Assembly: GCA_963803805.1 (NCBI GenBank)
Contig: CAWDOD010000004.1
Coordinates: 64,001 to 128,000, forward strand
Direction: 5' to 3'
From: an uncultured cyanobacterium
GTDB lineage: Bacteria; Cyanobacteriota; Cyanobacteriia; Cyanobacteriales; CAWCAG01
Length of the DNA: 64,000 nucleotides
Under the pieces are notes generated by a model that was given only the letters and a program-made list of their open reading frames with translations, searched no databases and was not told where the DNA came from. The position numbers and the translations under genes are program-made. Shown piece by piece: positions 31,043 to 40,717 of this stretch. Position 1 is the first letter of the stretch; the number at the start of each line of letters is the position of its first letter.

Positions 31043-32434
31043 ATGTCTCTTAACCTAGATGCCCTAGTTGCTAGTTTACGATGTAACTTTTCTACCCCTC
31101 GCCAAGTCGCCATAATTGGTAGTACCTCTTTTTTTGGCAAGTCCACCGAAGCCATTTGCTACGCTACGGGGCGCAAGTTAGCAGAGATGACAGACGTAGC
31201 AATTTTGACTGGTGGGGTTTCTGGTATCCCGGAAGCGGTATCCCGCAGCTTTTATCAACATCGCCAAGGAGGAGGTGAGTGTAAGCCCCCTGTGTTTCAT
31301 ATTCAGCCCCAGGGCTTTTCACCTTGGGATTATGGTCATAATTTGAATGCAGGGCAAACCCTCAAACAAAGGCGCTTAATTTTAGCCCATGCAGCCCCGA
31401 TTTATTTGCTTCTAGAAGGAGGGCCAGGGACGGAACAGGAAGCGCGTTGGGCATTGGGTGCGGGGGCGATTGTTTTGCCAGTGGGATGCACTGATGGCTT
31501 TGCAGGGACTTTGTATGAGGAGTTTGCCGGAATTGAATGGCAAGCCGAAGAAGCAAGAGAAGCTTGGAAGCTAATTGGCAACAAGTATGCACAACCAGAG
31601 GTTGTGGCTACTGAAATTGCCTTTTTAATTGCCCAATTACTTGACCAAAGAGCAAAATACTTAGATGCCAAAGCAATTGAAACTCAAATAGCAACAGGAA
31701 ACCGCAATTTCCAACGGGCTTGGCTAGAAAATACCAGTTTGGATGGGTTGGACTTAGGAGGGTTTAATTTGCGCTGGGCAACCTTAAAACAGGTAAGCTT
31801 ACGAGAAACTAATTTAACAGAGACAAATTTACAGGGAAGTGTGATTGTAGATTGTCAGTTTGTCGGTGCGATCGCCCATCAGACTAAGCTGAATAACTCC
31901 CAGTTGATTCGTACTACTTTTCGAGATACAAACCTCAAAACCGCAGATATGGCAGGGGTAGTAACCAAAGAAGGAGTAGGTACAGCGGAAACAAAGACAA
32001 TAGATAAAGCTAAAACTGATTCCCCGACAATTTTAATTCTTGATAATTCTATTACTGTACGGGAACTCTTAGCCATGACTTTTACTGAGGCGGGTTACAA
32101 GGTTATCAAAGCAAGAGATGGACAGGAAGCATGGGAATTATTGCAAGAAGGCTTACATTGCGATGCCATTTTTGCTGATTTTGAAATGCCCCGTATGACT
32201 GGCTATGAATTTCTCGAAAGGCTTAAAAAAGATGAGCATTTGCAAGGGATTCCCGTAGCAATGCTAACTAGCCGAGGAATAGAGAAGATGATTCAGCCTC
32301 CTATGTGGCAACAGCTTGGGGCTTGGGGCTATTTTACCAAACCCTATTCAGGAGAAGTTCTGATTGAAGCAGCTAATTGTATGGTGCAAGGGAAGTCGTT
32401 AGAGTATTTTAATTTAATTATTTCGAGAAGCTGA
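31043..32434 (+). CDS. SLOG/LOG-like domain + pentapeptide repeats + response-regulator receiver fusion
   Basis: VAIIGS...ILTGGVSGIPEAVSR...RRLIL...EGGPGTEQEA; FQRAWLENTSLDGLDLGGFNLRWATL; ILILDNS...FADFEMPRMTG...MLTSRG...FTKPY. Confidence 0.8.
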   Translation: MSLNLDALVASLRCNFSTPRQVAIIGSTSFFGKSTEAICYATGRKLAEMTDVAILTGGVSGIPEAVSRSFYQHRQGGGECKPPVFHIQPQGFSPWDYGHNLNAGQTLKQRRLILAHAAPIYLLLEGGPGTEQEARWALGAGAIVLPVGCTDGFAGTLYEEFAGIEWQAEEAREAWKLIGNKYAQPEVVATEIAFLIAQLLDQRAKYLDAKAIETQIATGNRNFQRAWLENTSLDGLDLGGFNLRWATLKQVSLRETNLTETNLQGSVIVDCQFVGAIAHQTKLNNSQLIRTTFRDTNLKTADMAGVVTKEGVGTAETKTIDKAKTDSPTILILDNSITVRELLAMTFTEAGYKVIKARDGQEAWELLQEGLHCDAIFADFEMPRMTGYEFLERLKKDEHLQGIPVAMLTSRGIEKMIQPPMWQQLGAWGYFTKPYSGEVLIEAANCMVQGKSLEYFNLIISRS

Positions 32435-32514
32435 AGCGATGGTCAAGAAATGATTTAGATAATTCATTTTTTGGTAATCAATCAAGTTGGCCAAATTGTA
32501 AGAAGTTATAGCAA

Positions 32515-33051
32515 ATGGAAGTAAGCAAAAATATATTTGTAATCGAATCTTTTTTATCTGTAGAAGAATGTAGTGAACTTATCAATCAATCAGAAAAAAT
32601 GGGCTACTCTGAAGCTGATGTCCAAGTTCATAATGGTAGGCAACATTTACCTAGAATAAGGAATAACGAAAGAGTAAATTTACATTCAAAACAACTGGCC
32701 CATAAATTGTGGGAGAAAATAGCTTCATACCCTTTGCCTGTCTATGAGGGTAGATATGCTATCGGCCTATCTCCATACTTTCGTTTCTATAAGTATACCC
32801 AAGGTCAGAGATTTAAAATACACCAAGATGGTCGGCAGAATGTAGAGGGAAATGAAACGTTATTTACACTTTTGGTTTTCCTTAATGAGAGATTCAAAGG
32901 TGGTGAGACAATGTTTAGGCAAGAGCGAATTTCCATTACGCCAAAAACAGGTAAAGCACTAGTTTTTGAGCATCGACTGTGGCACAAAGGATGTGTAGTT
33001 GAAAACGGTGCCAAGTATGTAATACGCACTGATATTTCCTACAGCAGCTAA
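32515..33051 (+). CDS. 2OG-Fe(II) oxygenase (prolyl hydroxylase-like)
   Basis: FLSVEECSELI, FRFYKY..GQRFKIHQDG (HxD), GGETMF, WHKG, KYVIRTDI. Confidence 0.9.
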   Translation: MEVSKNIFVIESFLSVEECSELINQSEKMGYSEADVQVHNGRQHLPRIRNNERVNLHSKQLAHKLWEKIASYPLPVYEGRYAIGLSPYFRFYKYTQGQRFKIHQDGRQNVEGNETLFTLLVFLNERFKGGETMFRQERISITPKTGKALVFEHRLWHKGCVVENGAKYVIRTDISYSS

Positions 33052-33131
33052 TAAATTCAGGTTAGCTTTTTCAAAAGATACCTGAATTTGTAAAGGGATT
33101 TCTTAGTAAGAAAATTGAACTTAGGCAAGTA

Positions 33132-33347
33132 ATGAAAATCGTTTTGGCATTTCTAGTATCTCTAATTGCATCATTTCTGATTTTGGCATTCTTTTTTGAG
33201 GAGGCTAAGCAACGAGCTTATAAAAAAGACAATGTAAGTGCAACGAATAGTCCAGAATATAGGGTGTTTGCCACCTTTTTGTTCCTCTATTATCCTTTGC
33301 TGGTAATCATCATGACTACTGTCTTCTTTATCTTACTTCCATGGTAA
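33132..33347 (+). CDS. Small two-TM hypothetical protein
   Basis: 71 aa, ATG start, two hydrophobic segments. Confidence 0.5.
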   Translation: MKIVLAFLVSLIASFLILAFFFEEAKQRAYKKDNVSATNSPEYRVFATFLFLYYPLLVIIMTTVFFILLPW

Positions 33348-33653
33348 CCTCACAGCATTTCTCCGACTCATATAAAACCCGTTTGAATAGCCATAGTTAA
33401 ACTGTGGGGATTGCTAAATTGCTAAGGAGTAGGCGTAGCCGTTGACTCATCTCTGACTATTGTTTATTTGCACCATAGCTGCTTAACTATATCTAAATTT
33501 ATCACCGATTTTAGATCATGGGGTGCAGTAGCATATCTATTTGACCAAGTAAATACTCTTGCAATGATCATTAGATCACATAAACCGTCCCCCTTTTTTT
33601 GAGTCTTTGTGTTATTTTGATACAAACTTCTATTTTTGACCTCTGCATAAATT

Positions 33654-33935
33654 ATGAGTCAAGGTGCTTCATCTTCATCATTTAAGCTAATTGTCTACTA
33701 CATCAACGGAAAATCTCAAACTTTTGAAGTTCCTTTTCAAGGTTGGGACAAGGTAGGAAATGCAGCAAGCCAACTTACCAATATGGGAAAAGCTGATAAA
33801 TTGTTTATTGGTTTAACCGATGAGCGTTTAATTGGAATTCCTTACAGCAGCATTCTTTATTTTGAAGTTGATCCTATTCCTGAAAAAGTCCCTAATCAAA
33901 TTTTGAAAGACGTTGTTTTATTACAAGAAAATTAA
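33654..33935 (+). CDS. Hypothetical protein
   Basis: 93 aa ATG-initiated ORF with globular composition. Confidence 0.6.
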   Translation: MSQGASSSSFKLIVYYINGKSQTFEVPFQGWDKVGNAASQLTNMGKADKLFIGLTDERLIGIPYSSILYFEVDPIPEKVPNQILKDVVLLQEN

Positions 33936-34068
33936 TTAATGATAATGAGACAATAATTTATAACTGAGAATAAGAAAATAATAGTGGCTAATAAATAATT
34001 TCTTGCTTTTGCAATACATATCACGATATTATCTAAATTTCCTAGGTAGGAATTGTGAGAATTTCTCG

Positions 34069-34425
34069 TCACTCTAATTCCTGATACTCCTTTTTAAGGC
34101 TTTCATAATATTTTCGTTGAGCTTTTTCTACCAATTTTGGATTCTGTCTTCGTCTTCTAATCGGTTGTGTGGAGTTGGAAGTTTCGACTACACGAATAGT
34201 AATTGTATCCCCCACTTGAATAGAGTGTTTAATCCAGTCTATATACTCATCATTATGCTTATCGTAGTGTAGCAATCCTCCCACCCGGAAATCTATAGTA
34301 TCAATTAAATCATCGTCTTTTCCCGAAGCTTTTCGGAGGCACAGAATTGAGGAGAGTACTGAAACACCTTCAATTCCAGCAACAATTTTGGTTTCATTGT
34401 TAATAGTGACTTCAAATGCGATAAT
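34069..34425 (-). CDS. Hypothetical protein; frame open 47 codons upstream of the GTG at 34284, possible ATT start
   Basis: Manual translation: (I)IAFEVTINNETKIVAGIEGVSVLSSIL...IDFRVGGLLHYD... Confidence 0.5.
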   Translation of the reverse strand: MIAFEVTINNETKIVAGIEGVSVLSSILCLRKASGKDDDLIDTIDFRVGGLLHYDKHNDEYIDWIKHSIQVGDTITIRVVETSNSTQPIRRRRQNPKLVEKAQRKYYESLKKEYQELE

Positions 34426-34471
34426 TCTACCTTGCCATATTAATTAGTTCACCTGTATTCCAGGAGAAACT

Positions 34472-35758
34472 TTAGCTAAACTGCTTTTCTGTATCCAAAT
34501 CAAACAACAATTGCAAGGATTGTAAGGCAATACGACGGGCTTCTATATCCTGTTGCGCCCTAAGTTGTACCATTGGTTCATGGAGAATTTTATTAACAAT
34601 CCCCCTGGTTAAAGCTTCAATCACATCCTGATGCTTGTCCCCAAACTCTGTGCCAAGGCGAGAAAGAGCTTTTTCTAGTTCTTGGGTGCGAATGGTTTCT
34701 ACTTTGCGTCGCAAAGAGCTAATGGTAGGGACGGTTTCTAAAGAACGCAACCATAATTCATAATTTTCTACTTCTTCTTCTAATAAACCTTCTGCTTCCA
34801 AAGCCATCTGGCGACGACTTTCCTTATTCTGGGCTACTACAGCTTTGAGATCATCTACGTTATAAGATTGAATATGGGTAAGTTCTTTAACATCGCCATG
34901 GACATTTAAAGGTACAGAAATATCACAAAGCATTAAAGAACGGGTCGGATCAATTACTGGTTCTAACTTAGCACGACTTAGAATAGGCTCGGTAGCAGCA
35001 GTACTAGTAAAAACAAGATTAGCAGAGGCGATCGCACTCATCATTTCAGGCAAGCCACAAATCTGTAAAGTGGCTTCAGGGAAGTTGCTTGCTAATTCCT
35101 GGGCGCGTTTTTGGGAACGGTTAACAATACAAATTTGCGTTGCACCTTTAGCCAAGAGGTGTTTAACTAATAACCGGGACATTTTCCCTGCCCCAATAAC
35201 AGCAACACTACAGTCAGATAAACTCTGAAGCTTCATCAAAGCCAATTCTACCGCCGCAGAACTAATGGATACTGCCCCTGTACCAATATTTGTTTCGCTG
35301 CGTACCCGCTTTCCTGCACTAATAGCTTGTTTAAATAATTTATCTAATAATCTGCCTAAACCCTTATATTTTTGTCCCTGTTTGTGGGCAGTTTTAACCT
35401 GGGCCAAAATTTGCCCTTCCCCCAACACCAAACTTTCTAACCCCGCTGCCACCCTCATTAAGTGCATAACAGCATCGTGATGAAGGAGGGTAAATAGGTG
35501 TCGTCGCAACTGTCTTAACCGGATCTGGGCAACTTCAGAAAGAAAGAGATTAACTTCGTGTACTCCCTGTTCGGTTTCTTTGGCTACTACATAAATTTCT
35601 AAGCGGTTGCAAGTACTAATAATAGCAACTTCTTCAATATTGGGATAATTTAATAAATCGGCGATCGCCTTTTCAATTTTCGCTTCGGGAATGCTCAATT
35701 TTTCCCGCACTTCCACCGGGGCAGTTTTATGGCTTAAACCAACAACAACAATACTCAT
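34472..35758 (-). CDS. hemA: Glutamyl-tRNA reductase
   Basis: [41 protein letters not shown]. Confidence 0.98.
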   Translation of the reverse strand: MSIVVVGLSHKTAPVEVREKLSIPEAKIEKAIADLLNYPNIEEVAIISTCNRLEIYVVAKETEQGVHEVNLFLSEVAQIRLRQLRRHLFTLLHHDAVMHLMRVAAGLESLVLGEGQILAQVKTAHKQGQKYKGLGRLLDKLFKQAISAGKRVRSETNIGTGAVSISSAAVELALMKLQSLSDCSVAVIGAGKMSRLLVKHLLAKGATQICIVNRSQKRAQELASNFPEATLQICGLPEMMSAIASANLVFTSTAATEPILSRAKLEPVIDPTRSLMLCDISVPLNVHGDVKELTHIQSYNVDDLKAVVAQNKESRRQMALEAEGLLEEEVENYELWLRSLETVPTISSLRRKVETIRTQELEKALSRLGTEFGDKHQDVIEALTRGIVNKILHEPMVQLRAQQDIEARRIALQSLQLLFDLDTEKQFS

Positions 35759-35868
35759 AGTTTTAATAAAATTTTTTTAAAATTGGCTAGTAGGGAATAG
35801 GGAATAGGGAATAGTATTTTACTTTATTACTCTAGCCCTGCTCCCTGCTCCCTGTCGTAAAGTGACAA

Positions 35869-36915
35869 CTATCTCAACTGCAAATACCGAGGCTTGTTAG
35901 CGCCTTCAAACATATGAATTGTATCTACAAAACGAGCAGTACTAGATTGGCTAGAAATAACTAAACTTTGGGTTCTGGCCCCACCTTGAAAGAAGCGTAC
36001 TCCTTCCATCAAAGTTCCTGGAGTAATACCGCAGGCGGCAAAGAGGACATTTTCTCCTTTAGCTAACTCTTCAGCGTTATACACCTTATCAGGGTCGTTG
36101 ATACCCATCCCTTTTAAACGGTCTAGGTTACTTTCTCTACTTTCACCAATTAAGCCGGTTTTCACAACTGCGGGATCATAAATGAGTTGCCCTTGGAAGT
36201 GACCTCCTAAGCAACGCATGGCTGCGGCGGAAATAACTCCTTCTGGTGCAGCGCCGATACCCATTAGAGCATGAATACTAGTTCCGGAAAAGGCGCAGGA
36301 AATAGCGGCTGAAACATCTCCATCACTGATTAGTCTGACTCTTGCACCTGCTTCTCTGATTTCCTTGATGAGGTCGTTATGGCGTTCTCGCTTCATCACA
36401 ACTACCACCAATTCTTCAATAGAACGGTTTAAACAATCAGCTAAGATTTGCAAGTTTTCTGTGGCAGATTTGTTGATATCAACATGATTTCTTGCTGCTG
36501 GGGGTGCTGCTAATTTTTTCATGTAGAAGTCTGGTGCAGCAAACAAGCCACCTTTTTCTGAAATTGCTAATACTGCCATAGAACCATTTTGTCCGTAGGC
36601 GACTAAGTTAGTGCCTTCACAAGGGTCAACAGCAATATCAATTTCTACTAGTTCATCAGGGTTGCAATAATCATTAGCATCTTCTCTAGTACAAATACCT
36701 ACTTCTTCACCAATGTAAAGCATCGGCGCATCGTCCCGCTCTCCTTCTCCAATTACAATGCGACCACGCATATAAATTTGGTTCATACGTTCTCGCATTG
36801 CTTCTACTGCCACTTCGTCAGCAGTATCTTTCTCACCTTTCCCCATCCATTTAGCTGAGGCGATCGCTGCTTGTTCAACAACCTCAATAATTTCTAAACC
36901 TAATGTTTTTTCCAC
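35869..36915 (-). CDS. glpX: Class II fructose-1,6-/sedoheptulose-1,7-bisphosphatase
   Basis: [51 protein letters not shown]. Confidence 0.97.
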   Translation of the reverse strand: MEKTLGLEIIEVVEQAAIASAKWMGKGEKDTADEVAVEAMRERMNQIYMRGRIVIGEGERDDAPMLYIGEEVGICTREDANDYCNPDELVEIDIAVDPCEGTNLVAYGQNGSMAVLAISEKGGLFAAPDFYMKKLAAPPAARNHVDINKSATENLQILADCLNRSIEELVVVVMKRERHNDLIKEIREAGARVRLISDGDVSAAISCAFSGTSIHALMGIGAAPEGVISAAAMRCLGGHFQGQLIYDPAVVKTGLIGESRESNLDRLKGMGINDPDKVYNAEELAKGENVLFAACGITPGTLMEGVRFFQGGARTQSLVISSQSSTARFVDTIHMFEGANKPRYLQLR

Positions 36916-37072
36916 TTTTTTTAAATTCCTCTTAACTGCTTATTTTTCTGGCTTTATCATCTACGGACTCAGTGTTAAAGTCTATCAGAAACGGGGATCT
37001 CGTAGGCCAGAAGAGAGGTCGAGGTTTATGTTAAGTTTTTTTTCAATAAACAATTAATTGGGCTTAAGCAGT

Positions 37073-37603
37073 TCAACCAGCTAAAGCTGTAGCAATTGTC
37101 CAACCATCCACCAATAATAAAAATAGGGTACAAACTAGTAAAATTAGATACATCCAAGGTTGAGATAAAGGTCGAATATCTTGAGTATCAATGCCTGTCT
37201 TCTCTTGGACAAGCTTAACCAAACGGGTAAAACCAATTACTCGCATTGGTAACAAATAAGCTTTTTCTCTAGTTTCTGTCACGAAATAATAAACTAAACC
37301 ACCTTGCCCTGTGGTACGCATTTTTAAATCAGTAATTTCTCCCCAAGGCAAAGACCAACCTCTGCGAATAAAAGAAAACCATCGGGGATAGCTAACACCT
37401 ATTTGTTCTTCATCCAAAACTACTCGTTCGCTTAAAGCACCAAATAAAGCGATGAACCCTAAAGCTATACCTACCCATAAAAATTCTGGTGGTACTGGAG
37501 CAGCAACCACTTTAGCTAAGAAAGGTAGAGGCAGGGTTAAGGCAATATAAAGACTGAGTAAAGTAACTTTAATCAGGGGAGAAATATAGAAAGTTGCGGA
37601 CAT
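37073..37603 (-). CDS. Hypothetical membrane protein
   Basis: 176 aa, three hydrophobic segments, RTTGQGGLVYYF motif. Confidence 0.75.
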   Translation of the reverse strand: MSATFYISPLIKVTLLSLYIALTLPLPFLAKVVAAPVPPEFLWVGIALGFIALFGALSERVVLDEEQIGVSYPRWFSFIRRGWSLPWGEITDLKMRTTGQGGLVYYFVTETREKAYLLPMRVIGFTRLVKLVQEKTGIDTQDIRPLSQPWMYLILLVCTLFLLLVDGWTIATALAG

Positions 37604-37908
37604 AACACTTAAAAGACAGGTTTTCCTTAAATCTCCATTTTAATAGCTGTTCCCCGCTCCCTACTCCCTTGCCACAGTAAGCAATTCTCTTTAGCCGACA
37701 GTCTACTTAAGTACATACACTGGCTAGATGCTAGAAAGTTAATGGACTTAGCAGAAAATATCCAGTTGAAAACAAAAAATTCAAAAATATTTAGATTTCA
37801 AGGCATTACTTATTAACAAACCTTTGTAAACTGTTATAAACAAACTTTGTTCCTTAACTACTTATTAACAGAAGGAATTAGTAAAACTCCATAACTGAGG
37901 TCTTAACT

Positions 37909-38823
37909 TTGGTCAAACAACTGATAACTGCTGAACGTTCCTTTTTGATTGCTCATATTTTATCTATGGCCTTCGGTTTAGCAGGACTATTACTCGTCTT
38001 ACCTAATCCTAATTTTATTCTCAACCTACCAGATTTTGGTAAAACTGCCTTTAGCTGGTCAATGGCCGGAGGTGGGGTTGTATATATGCTCTTGGGTACT
38101 GCTGCAATCTCAATTTATGCCTACCGTACCCTTGGTGTTTGGCATTGGCTCAGTTTCATGATTCCGGCTATCTTTATTTCTTTAGGAAGTGAACTGTTAG
38201 GAACTAGTACTGGCTTCCCCTTTGGTCACTATCATTACCTAAGTGGTTTAGGCTACAAAATTGCTGGGCTTGTCCCCTTTACGATACCCCTATCTTGGTT
38301 TTACTTAGGTTTTGCTGCTTATTTAATTGCCCGTAGCGGCTTGGCAACTCGTTCCATTCCCGGTTGGTTACAGGATCTAACTGCCATTGCTTTTGGTGCT
38401 TTAACCTTAACTTCCTGGGACTTTGTTCTTGATCCAGCCATGAGCCAAACCACCGTCCCTTTTTGGATTTGGGAACAACCGGGAGCCTTTTTCGGTATGC
38501 CTTACCAAAACTTTGCGGGTTGGTTAGGAACAGGTGCTTTATTTATGGTTGTAGCTACCTTACTCTGGAAAAAAGCTCCTTTAAATTTACCAAACCAAGA
38601 TTTAGGACTGCCCTTAGCTATTTACCTAAGTAACTTTGCCTTTTCTACCGTCATGAGCTTAGCCGCAGGGATTTGGCTACCTGTTCTTTTAGGTTTAATA
38701 TTAGGAGTTACTCCTATGTTGGTATTCTATTGGTTGGCTATCTCCACCAAAGATGAACCCCATGACCCTGTTGTTACCAGCGAAGCTACTCCGGTAAGAA
38801 CAGTTGTAGGAAGTCGTATTTAA
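37909..38823 (+). CDS. cruF: Carotenoid 1'-hydroxylase/hydratase CruF
   Basis: ELLGTSTGFPFGHYHY, WDFVLDPAM, GMPYQNFAGW; directly upstream of a cruG-like gene. Confidence 0.88.
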   Translation: MVKQLITAERSFLIAHILSMAFGLAGLLLVLPNPNFILNLPDFGKTAFSWSMAGGGVVYMLLGTAAISIYAYRTLGVWHWLSFMIPAIFISLGSELLGTSTGFPFGHYHYLSGLGYKIAGLVPFTIPLSWFYLGFAAYLIARSGLATRSIPGWLQDLTAIAFGALTLTSWDFVLDPAMSQTTVPFWIWEQPGAFFGMPYQNFAGWLGTGALFMVVATLLWKKAPLNLPNQDLGLPLAIYLSNFAFSTVMSLAAGIWLPVLLGLILGVTPMLVFYWLAISTKDEPHDPVVTSEATPVRTVVGSRI

Positions 38824-38841
38824 GAATATTGGCTTGTTAGT

Positions 38842-40011
38842 TTGTTAACAAAAGAAATTATTGGTGCGGTGTCTCTGGTGTTGTTGATTTTAACTATGCC
38901 AGGGACATTAATTCTTGTTTCGCGATTGTTGAAAGGGGTAATGCGTCATCCTCCTTTGGAACCGAAACAGGCTCAAGTACAATTTTTGGGAAAAGTTAGT
39001 GTGGTGATTCCTACCCTTAACGAAGCCGCAAGAATTAGCCCTTGTTTGGTAGGTTTGAGCAAACAAGGTTATGAAGTCAGAGAAATAATTGTTGTTGATA
39101 GCAACTCCCAAGATCGAACCCAAGAGTTAGTTAAAGATAGGGCTGCTAAAGATCCTCGCTTTCGCCTTATAAATGATCCTCCTTTGCCTAAAAACTGGAT
39201 TGGCCGTCCTTGGGCATTGCATAATGGCTTCCTAGCTAGTTCTCCTGGAAGTGAATGGATTTTAGGCATTGATGCAGATACTCAACCCCAATTTGGCTTA
39301 GTTGCTAGTTTGCTGACTATTGCCGAAACCGAAGGCTATGATCTCATTTCCTTATCTCCCCAATTTATCCTCAAATATCCAGGGGAATGGTGGTTACAAC
39401 CCGCCTTATTAATGACCCTACTCTATCGCTTTGAGTCCGCAGGAGTTAAAGCAAATGCACCAGAACAAGTTATGGCTAATGGACAGTGCTTTTTTTGTCG
39501 CCGTTCTGTGTTGAAAAAATTAGCAGGATATAGTAGTGCAAAAAGTTCCTTCTGTGATGATGTTACCCTAGCCCGCAACATCGCAGCACAAGGATTCAAA
39601 GTTGGTTTTCTCGATGGGGGGAAAATCTTGAAAGTACGTATGTATGAAGGAGCAAAAGAAACTTGGCAAGAATGGGGACGTTCTTTGGATCTTAAAGATG
39701 CTGCTTCTGTTAGTCAAACTTGGGGAGAACTGTGGTTATTATTAATGGTGCAAGGTTTGCCATTGCCTTTGTCAGTTTTACTTTTAAGCTGCTTAGCTTT
39801 AGGTTATTCTTGTCCTACCCTCATAGCTGCGGCAGGATTAAATTTATTTTTAGTGATAATACGCTTTGCTTTATTACTCGCGATCGCACCTTCCTATCAA
39901 GGTTCTTCCTGGCTTTTCTGGCTTTCTCCCTTAGCAGATCCCTTCGCTGTAGCCCGAATTTTCTTATCTGCTAATACTAAACCAACTCAATGGCGGGGTA
40001 GAGTTTATTAA
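38842..40011 (+). CDS. cruG: Carotenoid 2'-O-glycosyltransferase CruG
   Basis: GT2 motifs VIPTLNEA, WIGRPWALH, IDADT, MANGQC, FCDDVTLAR, WRGRVY. Confidence 0.88.
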   Translation: MLTKEIIGAVSLVLLILTMPGTLILVSRLLKGVMRHPPLEPKQAQVQFLGKVSVVIPTLNEAARISPCLVGLSKQGYEVREIIVVDSNSQDRTQELVKDRAAKDPRFRLINDPPLPKNWIGRPWALHNGFLASSPGSEWILGIDADTQPQFGLVASLLTIAETEGYDLISLSPQFILKYPGEWWLQPALLMTLLYRFESAGVKANAPEQVMANGQCFFCRRSVLKKLAGYSSAKSSFCDDVTLARNIAAQGFKVGFLDGGKILKVRMYEGAKETWQEWGRSLDLKDAASVSQTWGELWLLLMVQGLPLPLSVLLLSCLALGYSCPTLIAAAGLNLFLVIIRFALLLAIAPSYQGSSWLFWLSPLADPFAVARIFLSANTKPTQWRGRVY

Positions 40012-40100
40012 TTGCTCTTTGCTAGTTGCTCTTTGCTATCTATCTCTCCATCTCCCCGTCAAATCTCAACAAGTACTCTTTTATCCTTGATAGCTTAAGC

Positions 40101-40271
40101 TTAATCTTCTTTTTGCTCTTTAGACTCAGTTTCTTTTTGAGACTTCTTTGAGGGCAACAAACCAGTAAATGACCACATCAAACCCACAGTAAGAGCTTTA
40201 GTGACAGACTTTATTCCCTTCATCTCAGAGTCTTTACATGACTCTAAGTCCTGCTCGTTTTTATCGCTCAT
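40101..40271 (-). CDS. Small hypothetical protein (56 aa), below the ORF-track cutoff
   Basis: MSDKNEQDLESCKDSEMKGIKSVTKALTVGLMWSFTGLLPSKKSQKETESKEQKED*. Confidence 0.45.
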   Translation of the reverse strand: MSDKNEQDLESCKDSEMKGIKSVTKALTVGLMWSFTGLLPSKKSQKETESKEQKED

Positions 40272-40717
40272 TGTTTTCTTAACAAGAATGAAATTCTTCT
40301 GACTTATGATTATATAGAGAATTGACTCATTTATACTGTCTTATTTGCAACTACCAATCAAATTTACTTTCCCTATCTACTTTGCTGACTTGCTTCTTTA
40401 TAATAGATAGACCGTTAAGATATTCTATTTGATACGGAAAGCTTCCTTAATCCCTAGTATATTTAAAGATAATATAGAAAAGTCAAATTTCTCTCAAAAT
40501 CAAATTAAATCTGGCTGCCTCTACACCGTAGAACGATGCTTTTCCGAAAAAATAAATAGTCTATGTCCTTTTATCACGAAGTAATAACATCGTGCCAGAG
40601 GAGTTTTTCTATCAATAAAGTGATTGTAGTAATTGTATGGAAAATGAATGTATAAAATAGCTTGGTAAGTGGCAATTGTTTTTCTATTAATTACTAATTA
40701 TATTTTCTTAACTTACA

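Noticed and set aside
33460-33530. Possible ncRNA hairpin (TGCACC...ATCTAAA...TTTAGAT...GGTGCA)
   Set aside because: Short interrupted stems and no recognisable RNA family motif
32440-33660. Integron cassette array with attC sites
   Set aside because: No clear RYYYAAC...GTTRRRY pairs and no integrase; the inverted repeats are short
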